A stretch of 64,000 nt of DNA from an uncultured Bacteroidia bacterium (GTDB taxonomy: Bacteria; Bacteroidota; Bacteroidia; NS11-12g; UBA9320), in contig CAWURO010000029.1 in assembly GCA_963924815.1 (NCBI GenBank), positions 5,616-69,615 on the forward strand, given 5' to 3'. Below, in pieces: positions 39,569 to 49,620 of this stretch (the stretch's first letter is position 1; each line of letters opens with the position of its first letter). The notes below the pieces were generated by a model that worked only from the letters and a program-made list of their open reading frames with translations, was not told where the DNA came from and ran no database searches. The position numbers were made by a program, and so were the translations under genes.

Positions 39569-41040
39569 TTATATATAAGTTTAAGAAGCGCAAATCTGCG
39601 ATTTTTTGAAGTAGGAATTATCAATTTATTAGAAGAAACTTGTTTTGCCTCTTCGGGGATTATTGCCACAAAATCTAATTGAGATTTCAGAAGCTTGGCA
39701 CTCTCTACCCGTCCATTATTATAAATGGTGTATTGCATAACCTCTCCAGAGCTCCTTAGTTGGTCATTATATAACAGCTGTATGAATCTATCTCCCACAA
39801 AAACCACCGCAGAACTATAATAGCCTCCATCATTAATAGTCGTTTGATTTTTAATTATTAGCTCATGCCAATCTAAAAATGCATCATGATCATAGTTTAA
39901 TACCAGTAATTCATTGAAATTATAGATATTTTTTGATGTGCTTACAGGAATGCCATTCACTATCACAATATCTTCTTGCGTAGCTATTTCTTTTTGCTCA
40001 GCAATAATTAGCATCCCCCCATCGCTTCTTGATACTGCTCTCAAGATAGAAAAGTCTTCCGAGATTATACCATCGCTTTGATCCTTTTTAATTCCGCCCT
40101 TTAATACAGTAGGGAATTGACCTAATTTACATTGACCTATCCCTTTATCCTTATCTAATTTAAAAAAGAGAACACCTTTGAGGCCATATGAATTAAGTGA
40201 CGAATAAAACGCCGTAACTATAGCATCATCATTTAGCCTATCGTAGACTAATATTTCTGATTTAAGTGCAAGTGAATCGCTTAACCTAAAATCATTTAAT
40301 GTGCTATCCTTTAAGTGATATAATAATTGAGTTTCTACCTTTTCTTTTCTTCTTTCTTTTTTCGAAATACAACTTAGAAAATATACTTCCCGATTATTAC
40401 AAACCAAAATATCTCGAATTAAAAAGGACGAATACGTATAGGGCAATTCAACTTTTTTATGACTTAACTTCCTTAAATTCATGTCAAACAAAGTGTGATT
40501 TATAATTATGTCGCCTTTATTACTTTCTTCTAAAGCAAGCAACGAGAGTGTCCGCAAATCGTCACTTACACGCAACCTTAAATCTCCTAGAGATCCCATT
40601 TCATTGGGCGGCACCGAGAGTAGCAAAACAGATTCCCCTATACGTTTAAAATCATAGGAATACCATTGAGCTAGGATATCATTCTCTCCCCTAATTTCAG
40701 CATACTTAGTTTTGATAACTAAGAGCCCCTTTACTGTTGCAAAAATTTGAAGCAGTCTAGCATTTTTTAACTCAATAACTAGGGATTGATCAATGACCAT
40801 CTGATGGCTATATTTTTCTATAATTACATTTTTACTGTAAAATCTATTTCGATACCGCAATAAGTATATGCCCGATTGATTTTCCCCTAAAACGCTGGTA
40901 TATACTGCAGCACCTTTGAGTTTTATCGGATTACTCCATTGTAACACTTGCCCTTCTGCACCAAGGAAGAATAGAAGTGTTGCTAAAGCTAAAATGCGTA
41001 TATTTTGTGTGTACTTTTGCAAAAAGATATTGAGTCTCAC
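39565..41040 (-). CDS. Hypothetical secreted protein (491 aa)
   Basis: N-terminal hydrophobic signal (ILALATLLFFLGAEGQ). Beta-rich composition. No recognisable motif. GTG start as listed. Confidence 0.55.
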   Translation of the reverse strand: MRLNIFLQKYTQNIRILALATLLFFLGAEGQVLQWSNPIKLKGAAVYTSVLGENQSGIYLLRYRNRFYSKNVIIEKYSHQMVIDQSLVIELKNARLLQIFATVKGLLVIKTKYAEIRGENDILAQWYSYDFKRIGESVLLLSVPPNEMGSLGDLRLRVSDDLRTLSLLALEESNKGDIIINHTLFDMNLRKLSHKKVELPYTYSSFLIRDILVCNNREVYFLSCISKKERRKEKVETQLLYHLKDSTLNDFRLSDSLALKSEILVYDRLNDDAIVTAFYSSLNSYGLKGVLFFKLDKDKGIGQCKLGQFPTVLKGGIKKDQSDGIISEDFSILRAVSRSDGGMLIIAEQKEIATQEDIVIVNGIPVSTSKNIYNFNELLVLNYDHDAFLDWHELIIKNQTTINDGGYYSSAVVFVGDRFIQLLYNDQLRSSGEVMQYTIYNNGRVESAKLLKSQLDFVAIIPEEAKQVSSNKLIIPTSKNRRFALLKLIYN

Positions 41041-41071
41041 AAATAACGATTATTAATAAGTAAAACATCTC

Positions 41072-42247
41072 TTGCAGCACCAAGTTATTCATAAAAAAGA
41101 ACCCGAAAAAGCCATATTAATTGGAGTAGAGCCCAAAAATACGCCCATTAAGTCCAGTAGCATATATCTTGACGAACTTGAGTTTTTAGCCTATACGGCA
41201 GGAGCTACAACGCTCAAGAGATTTGTACAGCGGCTTGAAAAACCTCATCCAAAGACCTATATTGGAGAAGGTAAAATGGAAGAGATAACGGCTTATGTAA
41301 AAGCAAATGAGATAGACTTAGCTATTTTTGACGATGAGCTTAGCCCATCACAAATACGTAATTTAGAAGAGTTTATACAATGTAAAATTGTAGATAGGAG
41401 CAGTCTTATCTTAGATATTTTTGCAAAAAACGCACAAACTGCACAAGCCAAAACACAAGTAGAATTGGCTCAAAGCGAATATCTATTGCCCAGGCTTACA
41501 CGGATGTGGACCCACCTTCAAAAACAAAAAGGAGGTATTGGAATGAAAGGTCCTGGAGAAAAAGAGATAGAAACGGACAGAAGGGTTATTAGAGACAAAA
41601 TCGCTAAACTGAAAAAAGAGCTACATGACATCGACAAGCAGAGCATAACCCGACGAAAAAATAGAGAAACCATGACGCGTGTTGCCTTAGTCGGCTATAC
41701 CAATGTTGGCAAATCTACTATCATAAACTTACTTGCTAAAGCAGAAGTGTTGGCGCAAGATATGTTATTTGCTACCCTAGACAGTACCGTGCGTAAAGTT
41801 GTATTCCCTCCAGATCCGGTTACATTTGAGCCTTGCGTATTCTTACTTTCTGATACTGTAGGTTTTATTCGTAAGCTGCCACATCAACTGGTAGAGAGTT
41901 TTAAAAGCACTCTGGATGAAGTAAAAGAAGCCGATATTTTATTGCACGTAGTGGATGTTAGTCATCCACAGTTTGAAGAGCAAATGGATACTGTTTCTTC
42001 TACCTTAGAAGAAATAGGTGCTAGTAATAAAACTATGATTACTGTTTTTAATAAGATAGATCAATATAAACCGATGGCAACCAGTGATGATATTTTTGAA
42101 GATGAGACTATATATGATATTCCTACACTCAAAAAAACATGGATGTCTAAATTGGATGATAATATCGTTTTCATTTCAGCAACTCAAAGTGACAACATTG
42201 ACGAACTAAAAGCACTGATCAGAAAAAATGTAAGCAAAGGTCTTTGA
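41072..42247 (+). CDS. hflX: GTPase HflX
   Basis: HflX N-domain. G1 motif GYTNVGKST, G3 motif DTVGFI, G4 motif NKID. TTG start as listed. Confidence 0.9.
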   Translation: MQHQVIHKKEPEKAILIGVEPKNTPIKSSSIYLDELEFLAYTAGATTLKRFVQRLEKPHPKTYIGEGKMEEITAYVKANEIDLAIFDDELSPSQIRNLEEFIQCKIVDRSSLILDIFAKNAQTAQAKTQVELAQSEYLLPRLTRMWTHLQKQKGGIGMKGPGEKEIETDRRVIRDKIAKLKKELHDIDKQSITRRKNRETMTRVALVGYTNVGKSTIINLLAKAEVLAQDMLFATLDSTVRKVVFPPDPVTFEPCVFLLSDTVGFIRKLPHQLVESFKSTLDEVKEADILLHVVDVSHPQFEEQMDTVSSTLEEIGASNKTMITVFNKIDQYKPMATSDDIFEDETIYDIPTLKKTWMSKLDDNIVFISATQSDNIDELKALIRKNVSKGL

Positions 42248-42250
42248 CTT

Positions 42251-43207
42251 TTATTTTTTTTCTAAAAGTCCAATCTCAATCAGTCTTTCTGTAAGAAATT
42301 CACCTGCAGAGACATCTTCGTATTTTTTTGGATGAGTCTCATTTACACAATTAGGCAAACAATCTAATCTCATTTCAGATGCGGGATGCAAGAAAAATGG
42401 AATTGAAAAACGGGTTGTACCCCATTGTTCTTTGGGAGGATTTACTACTCTATGTGTAGTAGAACGCAATTTATCGTTGGTTAAACGCTGCAACATATCG
42501 CCCACGTTTACCACCAGTTGATTTGGCAATGCGGTAATAGCAATCCAGTTATTCTGTTTATCTAATACTTCCAAACCTTCGGCACTAGCTCCCATGAGCA
42601 AGGTTATAAGATTAATATCTTCGTGCTGACCAGCTCTAACGGCATTCTTAGGTGCATCATGTATCGGGCCATAATGTATGGGTCTCAGTATGCTATTACC
42701 ATATTGTATATAATCATCAAAATAGAACTCGTCCAAGTCTAAATACAGTGCTATTGCACGCAGCATATATTTTCCTGTTTCCTGCAATGCAGCATAAGCT
42801 TGTAGACCGTAGTCATTAAATAGTGGCACCTCATCTACAACTACATTTTCGTGATAGTCATATTGATGTTTTAGGGCCTCAGGAATATTTTGCCCAAAGT
42901 GAAAAAATTCCTTTAAATCACCTACTTTACTATCTTTGCTATGCTCTGTTCCCCAAGAAGTAAAACCACGTTGACCCGCAATACCTTCTATGCGATACTT
43001 CATTTTAACTTCCATCGGCAAAGCATAAAACTCTTTGGTATATCGATATAAATTTTCATTTACTTCATCACTTAATTCGTGATTATAAACAGCAACAAAA
43101 CCTATTTTTTCATAGGCTTCTCCTAAATCTTGAACAAATTTTTGTTTTTGATCGGCATTTCCGTGTTTGAATTCATTGAGATTGAGGGAAATTATTGCAG
43201 TGCTCAT
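42251..43207 (-). CDS. 2-oxoglutarate/Fe(II)-dependent oxygenase (isopenicillin-N-synthase family)
   Basis: HxD...H facial triad contexts GQHEDINLITLL and STTHRVVNP. About 318 aa. Confidence 0.8.
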   Translation of the reverse strand: MSTAIISLNLNEFKHGNADQKQKFVQDLGEAYEKIGFVAVYNHELSDEVNENLYRYTKEFYALPMEVKMKYRIEGIAGQRGFTSWGTEHSKDSKVGDLKEFFHFGQNIPEALKHQYDYHENVVVDEVPLFNDYGLQAYAALQETGKYMLRAIALYLDLDEFYFDDYIQYGNSILRPIHYGPIHDAPKNAVRAGQHEDINLITLLMGASAEGLEVLDKQNNWIAITALPNQLVVNVGDMLQRLTNDKLRSTTHRVVNPPKEQWGTTRFSIPFFLHPASEMRLDCLPNCVNETHPKKYEDVSAGEFLTERLIEIGLLEKK

Positions 43208-43308
43208 GGTGTTTTATTTCTCACAAAATTACGATTACGCTTTATATAAACTCACAGTGAAGTCATCTATTCTTAACATTGAGCTGTAAATGGTGCATTA
43301 AGCAACGG

Positions 43309-44586
43309 CTAATTTAATTTATTTTCACCTCCTTTTAAGACTTCTGTGATTGCTTTTGTTTTTAGTTGCACTTCCATCCATTCATGTTCAGCGATAGAAT
43401 CTATGGTAATTGCCCCTCCTGCATTGTAGTTTAAAACCTTAGTTTCCATGTCGCATAAAACACTCCTTATAACTACATTAAAATCAAAATTTCCATCGGG
43501 GGCAAGATATCCTAGCGCTCCACTGTACCAGCCACGTTTGAAATTTTCAAGACCTTCAATGTACTTCATAGCGGCTATTTTGGGAGCACCGGTCATACTT
43601 CCCATAGGGAATGTTGCTTTCAAAATATCACTTATTGAAACCTTTGGTAGCACCTCTCCTTTCACGGTTGAAATCATTTGATGTACCTGTAAGTAGCTAT
43701 ATATTCCAAATAATTCATTCACTTGTACCGTTCCTGATTTGCACACTCTGTTCAGGTCATTTCGGACTAAGTCCACAATCATTACATTCTCAGCTCTGTC
43801 TTTTTCTGAATTTTTGAGTTGCGCAATAAGCACCGCATCTTCTTCGGGAGTTAGCCCTTTTTTTATGGTGCCTTTTATGGGTTGACTAACCAAGGTCTCC
43901 CCTCGTTTCATTAGGAAACGTTCCATACTTGCTCCACATAAATAAAGTTGATTTGCCCTTAAGTAAGCCCCCATGGGCACTGGCGATTTTTGGAGTAAGT
44001 CTAAGTGAAATAGAATTGGCTGAAAGGCCTTAAAGCTATGTGAATAAGGAACACAATAATTGAGTTCATACACCTCACCACTTCTTATTAACTCTTGTAT
44101 TTCTTCTATTTTTCGGATATAGTTGTCATGCGATATGGGAGAAGATACCGATGAAACCTCCCGTTTATTTTTAACTATAACAGCATCGAAAAAATCCAGC
44201 GTTAAATCTCCTTTTAGGATACTAACTTTCTGATATTTATCAATGGCTAATAGAATTTGAGGCTCAAAAAAGAGTAATTCAGGAGTTTCGACAATTGCAT
44301 TATTCTCACTACTTAGCGTTTCAAAATGATTTTTAACATCGTATCCTAGCACTCCAAACAGCCATTTTCCTTGGGTAGTAGCTTGCTCAAAAGTAGACCA
44401 TGATGTATAAACCTGTGTAGCGCCAATTGCAGCTAACAATTCAAACTCACCGCTATAAACGCCGGTATTAAGTTGGCAACTATCTAATATGCATTGGTAA
44501 TTAAACTTATGTGCATAAGCATATACTAACTCCTTAAAGCGATTTACACCCCGCTGAGTAATATATTCTTGTAACTTATCCTTCAA
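43309..44586 (-). CDS. pabB: Aminodeoxychorismate synthase component I-like chorismate-binding enzyme
   Basis: Chorismate-binding C-terminal motifs FPMGSMTGAPK, RGWYSGALGY and GGAIT. Overlaps the uvrC stop by 11 nt. Confidence 0.75.
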   Translation of the reverse strand: MKDKLQEYITQRGVNRFKELVYAYAHKFNYQCILDSCQLNTGVYSGEFELLAAIGATQVYTSWSTFEQATTQGKWLFGVLGYDVKNHFETLSSENNAIVETPELLFFEPQILLAIDKYQKVSILKGDLTLDFFDAVIVKNKREVSSVSSPISHDNYIRKIEEIQELIRSGEVYELNYCVPYSHSFKAFQPILFHLDLLQKSPVPMGAYLRANQLYLCGASMERFLMKRGETLVSQPIKGTIKKGLTPEEDAVLIAQLKNSEKDRAENVMIVDLVRNDLNRVCKSGTVQVNELFGIYSYLQVHQMISTVKGEVLPKVSISDILKATFPMGSMTGAPKIAAMKYIEGLENFKRGWYSGALGYLAPDGNFDFNVVIRSVLCDMETKVLNYNAGGAITIDSIAEHEWMEVQLKTKAITEVLKGGENKLN

Positions 44587-46372
44587 AATACTCCTTCACT
44601 AGTTTAGCCTTTGCTGGTCCTACTACCCCAGCAATATCCTCAAAACTCGTTTTTTTAATTCGCGCTACGGACTTAAATATCTTAAGCAATTCGGTAGCGG
44701 TTTCGTCACCAATACCTTTTATTTCGGTGAGTTTACTTACTATCGTCTCTTTACTCCTACGGTTACGGTGATGCGTTATGCCAAAACGATGTGCCTCGTC
44801 TCGCATATGCTGTATTACCTTGAGACTTTCAGATTTTTTATCAATATACAAGGGTAAACTATCGCCTGGATAATAGATTTCTTCTAGTCTTTTAGCAATG
44901 CCTACGATCGCCATTTTGCCGTACAAATTCAAATCTCTAAGTGCTTGAACCGAACTGCTAAGCTGCCCTTTTCCTCCATCTATAACTATAAGTTGAGGAA
45001 GCGGCTGGTTTTCTTCCACCATTCGCTTATAACGTCGGGTAAGGACTTCATACATGCTAGCAAAGTCATCAGGCCCTTCTACTGTTTTGATATTAAAATG
45101 ACGATAGTCTTTTTTACTGGGTTTCCCGTCTCTAAAAACAACACAGGCACTTACTGGGAAGGCCCCTTGTATGTTGGAGTTGTCAAAACACTCCATGTGA
45201 TACGGTATTTCGGTAAGTCTCAAATCTTGCTTTATAACCCCAAGTAAGCGATCTGTTTTTAGTTGCGGATCTAGTTTTTCATACTGATTGCTTTTTTCTT
45301 GCATGTACAACGAGGCATTTTTATAACTCAAATCCAATAGTTTCCGCTTATCTCCACTTACGGGAACAATAAAATTACCTTGCAGAGGAAGTCTTATAGG
45401 CACTATGACTTCTTCCGTAGCGCTATTTAAGGTTGCAATTTCACCATAGGCCATTTCCAAAAGATCTTCGATGCTCTCGTCCATCTTTTTTTTCATTTCC
45501 AAGTTTTTGGATTGGATAATTATACCCCCAGAAATACGCAAATAATTAATATAGGCATAGCGTTCGTTTTGAGCAATATTGAGCACATCTACATCATTTA
45601 TGCGTGAATTTACCACCGTACTTCTACTTTGGTATTTATCTAAAATTTCTAGCTTGTTTAGATATTTGGCGGCTTCTTCATATTGCCAATCCGCAGCAGC
45701 TCGCTCCATCTTATACTTTAGGTGATCTTTTACCTCTTTTAAATTTCCGCGCAGTATATTTTTAATACCTTTTATGCTTTCGGTATATTCTTCTTCTGTT
45801 TCCAACCCTTCGCAAGCTCCCTTACAATTACCTATTTGGTATTCTAAGCAAACCTTAAATTTATGTGCGGCTATATTGCCTTGAGACAGGTTGTATGTGC
45901 AATTGCGCGTAGGATAAATCTGCTTACACAGGTCGAGTACTATTTTCATTAACCTGATATTGCTATAAGGACCAAAGTATGTGCCGGCCCCTTTTTTAGG
46001 ATTACGCATGGCAAACACTTTTGGAAATCGTTCCTTAGTAACCATAATAAGCGGAAAGCTTTTATCGTCCTTTAGGTTAATATTATATTTAGGCTGAAAC
46101 TCTTTAATTAGACTGTTTTCCAATAAGAGCGCATCCATCTCGGTGGGCACTACCGTGATATTTACATCCCATATTTTACTCACCAAAATGCGCGTTTTGC
46201 CGCTATCGTGGTGATTTTTGTTGAAATAAGAACTTACGCGTTTCTTTAAACTTTTAGCCTTGCCGATATAGAGTAACGCTCCATCCTTATCATAGTATTT
46301 GTATACGCCAGGAGCATCTGGCATTATTTTTAGCTTCTTGGTAATCGGTGCTATTTCGGACGTTTTGGGCAA
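44576..46372 (-). CDS. uvrC: Excinuclease ABC subunit C
   Basis: GIY-YIG N-domain (PGVYKYYDKDGALLYIGKAKSLKKRVSSYF). UVR domain (YEEAAKYLNKLE). C-terminal HhH. TTG start as listed. Confidence 0.95.
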   Translation of the reverse strand: MPKTSEIAPITKKLKIMPDAPGVYKYYDKDGALLYIGKAKSLKKRVSSYFNKNHHDSGKTRILVSKIWDVNITVVPTEMDALLLENSLIKEFQPKYNINLKDDKSFPLIMVTKERFPKVFAMRNPKKGAGTYFGPYSNIRLMKIVLDLCKQIYPTRNCTYNLSQGNIAAHKFKVCLEYQIGNCKGACEGLETEEEYTESIKGIKNILRGNLKEVKDHLKYKMERAAADWQYEEAAKYLNKLEILDKYQSRSTVVNSRINDVDVLNIAQNERYAYINYLRISGGIIIQSKNLEMKKKMDESIEDLLEMAYGEIATLNSATEEVIVPIRLPLQGNFIVPVSGDKRKLLDLSYKNASLYMQEKSNQYEKLDPQLKTDRLLGVIKQDLRLTEIPYHMECFDNSNIQGAFPVSACVVFRDGKPSKKDYRHFNIKTVEGPDDFASMYEVLTRRYKRMVEENQPLPQLIVIDGGKGQLSSSVQALRDLNLYGKMAIVGIAKRLEEIYYPGDSLPLYIDKKSESLKVIQHMRDEAHRFGITHHRNRRSKETIVSKLTEIKGIGDETATELLKIFKSVARIKKTSFEDIAGVVGPAKAKLVKEYFEG

Positions 46373-46546
46373 GGATACGAAGGTAGTAAATATGAAATGA
46401 AGGCAAACACATAAAATATAGTTAACTTCTAGATTAATTAATGAGGGAAGCCGTAAATAATATTTTTTTTACATAGTTATTTAAAGAATAATTGCTGTAA
46501 TAAGGTAACTATTCGCTTGCTTTGTACGTTGTAAAACAAAATCATC

Positions 46547-47299
46547 TTGAGGCATTTTTTTGCACTTCTTGCTATTACTCTTTTCTGTGCTGCACAAGCA
46601 CAGCAGCAAAGCTTTAGTGCTCAATTTAAATCCCTTGAAAACGGTGAAGGTGTTATCTATGCCAGAGTATTTACGCTTGGTGGCGAAGCTAAACTCACCA
46701 ATGTTGATGGATTAGTCGAACTGAATTATGCAAAAGGTGCTACTATAATCGTAACTCATTTGAGTTTTGATTCTTTGCAAATAAATACAGCTGATTTTGA
46801 AGGAAGAAAGAACTTGATATTTTACTTACAACCTAAAACCTATCAACTGCGTCAAGTATCGTTCTCTATTCTAGGAAACAGATCTCTTTTTGACAACAAG
46901 TTTGTTAAAAATGATTTAGGCAAATCTGACGAGGAGAAAGTACGCGAAAAGCTAAATATCATTGATATGAAAAAGGAGCTTAAAGGTCTAGATCAAGCTG
47001 CTCAAGGCGGCGTTGTACTAGGTAGTCCAATATCGTATTTATACGATCGATTTAGTAAAGCAGGCAAAGAAAAGACAAAGTATGCTATGCTTGTAGAACA
47101 GGACAAACTAGCAACTATATCCCGCAAACAATTCGATGACCTTACAGTAACAACGCTTACCAATTATACCGACGAAGAATTAGAAAAGTTTAAGATATTT
47201 TGCGCATTTCATCCTTCTTACATACAAGCGTTAGATGCCCTTCAATTGTATTTTGAAATACTGCGTTGCCGAGACGAGTACATTAAAAAAGGATATTAA
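46547..47299 (+). CDS. Hypothetical secreted protein with carboxypeptidase-regulatory-like N-terminal segment
   Basis: Signal peptide MRHFFALLAITLFCAAQAQQ. GVIYARVFTLGGEAKLTNVDGLVEL resembles a CarboxypepD_reg fold. The remainder is unknown. TTG start. Confidence 0.5.
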   Translation: MRHFFALLAITLFCAAQAQQQSFSAQFKSLENGEGVIYARVFTLGGEAKLTNVDGLVELNYAKGATIIVTHLSFDSLQINTADFEGRKNLIFYLQPKTYQLRQVSFSILGNRSLFDNKFVKNDLGKSDEEKVREKLNIIDMKKELKGLDQAAQGGVVLGSPISYLYDRFSKAGKEKTKYAMLVEQDKLATISRKQFDDLTVTTLTNYTDEELEKFKIFCAFHPSYIQALDALQLYFEILRCRDEYIKKGY

Positions 47300-47301
47300 C
47301 T

Positions 47302-48129
47302 TTATTTTGCTTTTAGGTCTGCCATACACTGCTCTCCAAAAAGAGTTATGTCTTGGCCGGTAGTAAACTGATCTATGTACTGAACGACTTCACCTGCTCC
47401 ATTTTTCCAATACATTACGCAACTTGCATTAGAACAATGTGAACCATTGGCCTGATCGTGATGCGGACTCGTAGGAGGAACCCCATTATTTACTAACCCA
47501 AGCACATGGCCAATTTCATGCGTAACAGTGCTCTGTTCAACCATGTTTTTTTCGGCTTCTTTGCTACTGGAGGCACTTATTACAGGCTTAAAAATAGCTA
47601 CTACTGCCGAGCCATCAATAGTAAGACCTAGCACGCGGGTTTCTATGACTCCGTCTTTTATGAGATAGCCATTCAAAAATAGCAGTACGATGCCTTTTAC
47701 TGAGTCCTTATTAGAATATCGCTGCACATCAGCGGCAATATCTATAATGTTTTGTCGGGTATAATTATTTTGAGCTAGGACACCTAAATTCTTCATGCTA
47801 TCTAACACATGCGGAACTTTAACTGGTATATTTTGAGTAGCTAGTAATTGATTTAGATTGTAATCTGTTATACGCCAATTATCAAATCCCCCAAAGTTGA
47901 GATACGGATCTGCACCTTGTTCATAGGCAATAATTAATTCTAGTTTATTGGTATGACCATACAAGTTGTCTACGAATCGATCGGGTGAAGCTTCAGGGAC
48001 ATCTTTTCTACACGAAAACTGTGCGAAGCCTATCACTAATAGGAACCATAGAAAAAAACCATGGTTAACGCGTTTAAAATTCACGCTATTTACACCTATT
48101 TGATTCGCAATACTCCTTTTCACACTCAA
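47302..48129 (-). CDS. Zinc metalloprotease-like lipoprotein (HExxH zincin)
   Basis: HEIGHVLGL zinc-binding motif. Signal sequence with Cys (GFAQFSCRKD). Confidence 0.7.
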   Translation of the reverse strand: MSVKRSIANQIGVNSVNFKRVNHGFFLWFLLVIGFAQFSCRKDVPEASPDRFVDNLYGHTNKLELIIAYEQGADPYLNFGGFDNWRITDYNLNQLLATQNIPVKVPHVLDSMKNLGVLAQNNYTRQNIIDIAADVQRYSNKDSVKGIVLLFLNGYLIKDGVIETRVLGLTIDGSAVVAIFKPVISASSSKEAEKNMVEQSTVTHEIGHVLGLVNNGVPPTSPHHDQANGSHCSNASCVMYWKNGAGEVVQYIDQFTTGQDITLFGEQCMADLKAK

Positions 48130-48136
48130 CTTTATT

Positions 48137-48745
48137 TTATCTCACTTTCACGTTTAGCACTTTTTTACCTTCGATGAAGCCTTCAAGTAAATCACCCGGA
48201 GCCACCGGCCCAACTCCTTCTGGAGTTCCGGTAAAGAGTAGATCGCCAATTTTTAAGGTGAAATACTGGGACGAATGCTCGATTAGCTGTGAGATGTTAT
48301 GTAACATAAGCGAGGTGTCTCCATCTTGCACAACTTGGCCATTTTTTTTGAGTTGAAAATGAAGGTTATTCAAATCAAAATCATCCACACTTAAAAAGTC
48401 GCCTAGCACAGCACTTTGGTCAAAGGCTTTTGCTTTCTCCCATGGTAAACCTTTCGCTTTTAAAGCACTTTGTACATCGCGGGCTGTAAAGTCAATGCCT
48501 ACGGTAAATTCTGCAAAATATTTAGGAGCGAACTTCGCTTCTATGTTTTTACCTAATCTATTGATACGCACCACTACTTCGAGTTCGTAATGTACATCGC
48601 TGGTCCAGTCAGGTATATAAAATGCATCGCGTTGTCTAAATACGGCAGAGTCTGGTTTCATAAAGATTACAGGTTCTGCGGCTAACTCATTCCCAAGTTC
48701 GGCGGCATGAGCGGCGTAGTTTCTTCCTATGCAAATTATTTTCAT
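48137..48745 (-). CDS. Fumarylacetoacetate hydrolase (FAH)-family protein
   Basis: MKIICIGRNY N-terminus. ELEVVV and GTPEGVGPV motifs typical of short FAH-family hydratases/isomerases. Confidence 0.85.
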   Translation of the reverse strand: MKIICIGRNYAAHAAELGNELAAEPVIFMKPDSAVFRQRDAFYIPDWTSDVHYELEVVVRINRLGKNIEAKFAPKYFAEFTVGIDFTARDVQSALKAKGLPWEKAKAFDQSAVLGDFLSVDDFDLNNLHFQLKKNGQVVQDGDTSLMLHNISQLIEHSSQYFTLKIGDLLFTGTPEGVGPVAPGDLLEGFIEGKKVLNVKVR

Positions 48746-48835
48746 ATTGGATTAGTGTTACTCAATTAAGGTAGATTATGCTTCGTTAATTTAAACTTTT
48801 ATGCTGCACAAAATTATGCATTTTTGCGCCAAGCA

Positions 48836-49393
48836 ATGCTAGATCCTACCGAACTTCTCTATGCCTATTCACAAGGCTATTTTCCGATGGCCGTGCCAGA
48901 GGATAACAATGAGATTTTTTGGTTTAAACCTGATATGCGTGGCATAATACCGCTTGGTGCTTTTCACGTTTCTAAAAACTTAAACCGGCTATATAACAAA
49001 GGTCATTTTGAACTTCGCATAAATGGAGATTTTGAAGGGACCATGCGTGGCTGCGCTGCACGTGACGACACCTGGATAAGCGAGGAAATAATTGCTTCCT
49101 ATGGAAAATTAAATGAAATGGGCTATGGCTTTAGTTTTGAAACGTGGAGAAATGAAAAACTGGTAGGCGGCCTTTACGGCGTGGCATTGGGAAGGGTTTT
49201 TTTTGGTGAAAGCATGTTTCATACGGAAACGGATGCGAGTAAAATCGCATTACTATTTTTGGTTGAATTTCTACAAGAAAATAATTTTCAGTTACTGGAC
49301 ACGCAATATATCAATGATCATTTAGTGCAATTTGGGGCTATAGAAATTCCAAATGAAGAATATGAGGAACTCTTGGCAAGAGCACTAGAGTGA
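48836..49393 (+). CDS. aat: Leucyl/phenylalanyl-tRNA--protein transferase
   Basis: YSQGYFPMA and FFGESMFH motifs. ATG 48836 is preferred over the listed TTG 48824. Confidence 0.85.
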   Translation: MLDPTELLYAYSQGYFPMAVPEDNNEIFWFKPDMRGIIPLGAFHVSKNLNRLYNKGHFELRINGDFEGTMRGCAARDDTWISEEIIASYGKLNEMGYGFSFETWRNEKLVGGLYGVALGRVFFGESMFHTETDASKIALLFLVEFLQENNFQLLDTQYINDHLVQFGAIEIPNEEYEELLARALE

Positions 49394-49620
49394 TGTTTCT
49401 TACTGTGAATTATACCAATTTAGTTTTTAAGTGTCGTATAAATAAATTGAGTTTATCGAAGGTTTGTAAAGGCGAAAAATCATTGCATAGCCTGAGCTAT
49501 GGTATTATTTTTTTAACGAATAGAAATCGAGTGAAAAACGATTTATATGCGGCAATTGAAAGCTATTTTGGTATTAGACAATGACGTTGTATTAATCAGC
49601 GTAACTCATTCAGTAGTCGC

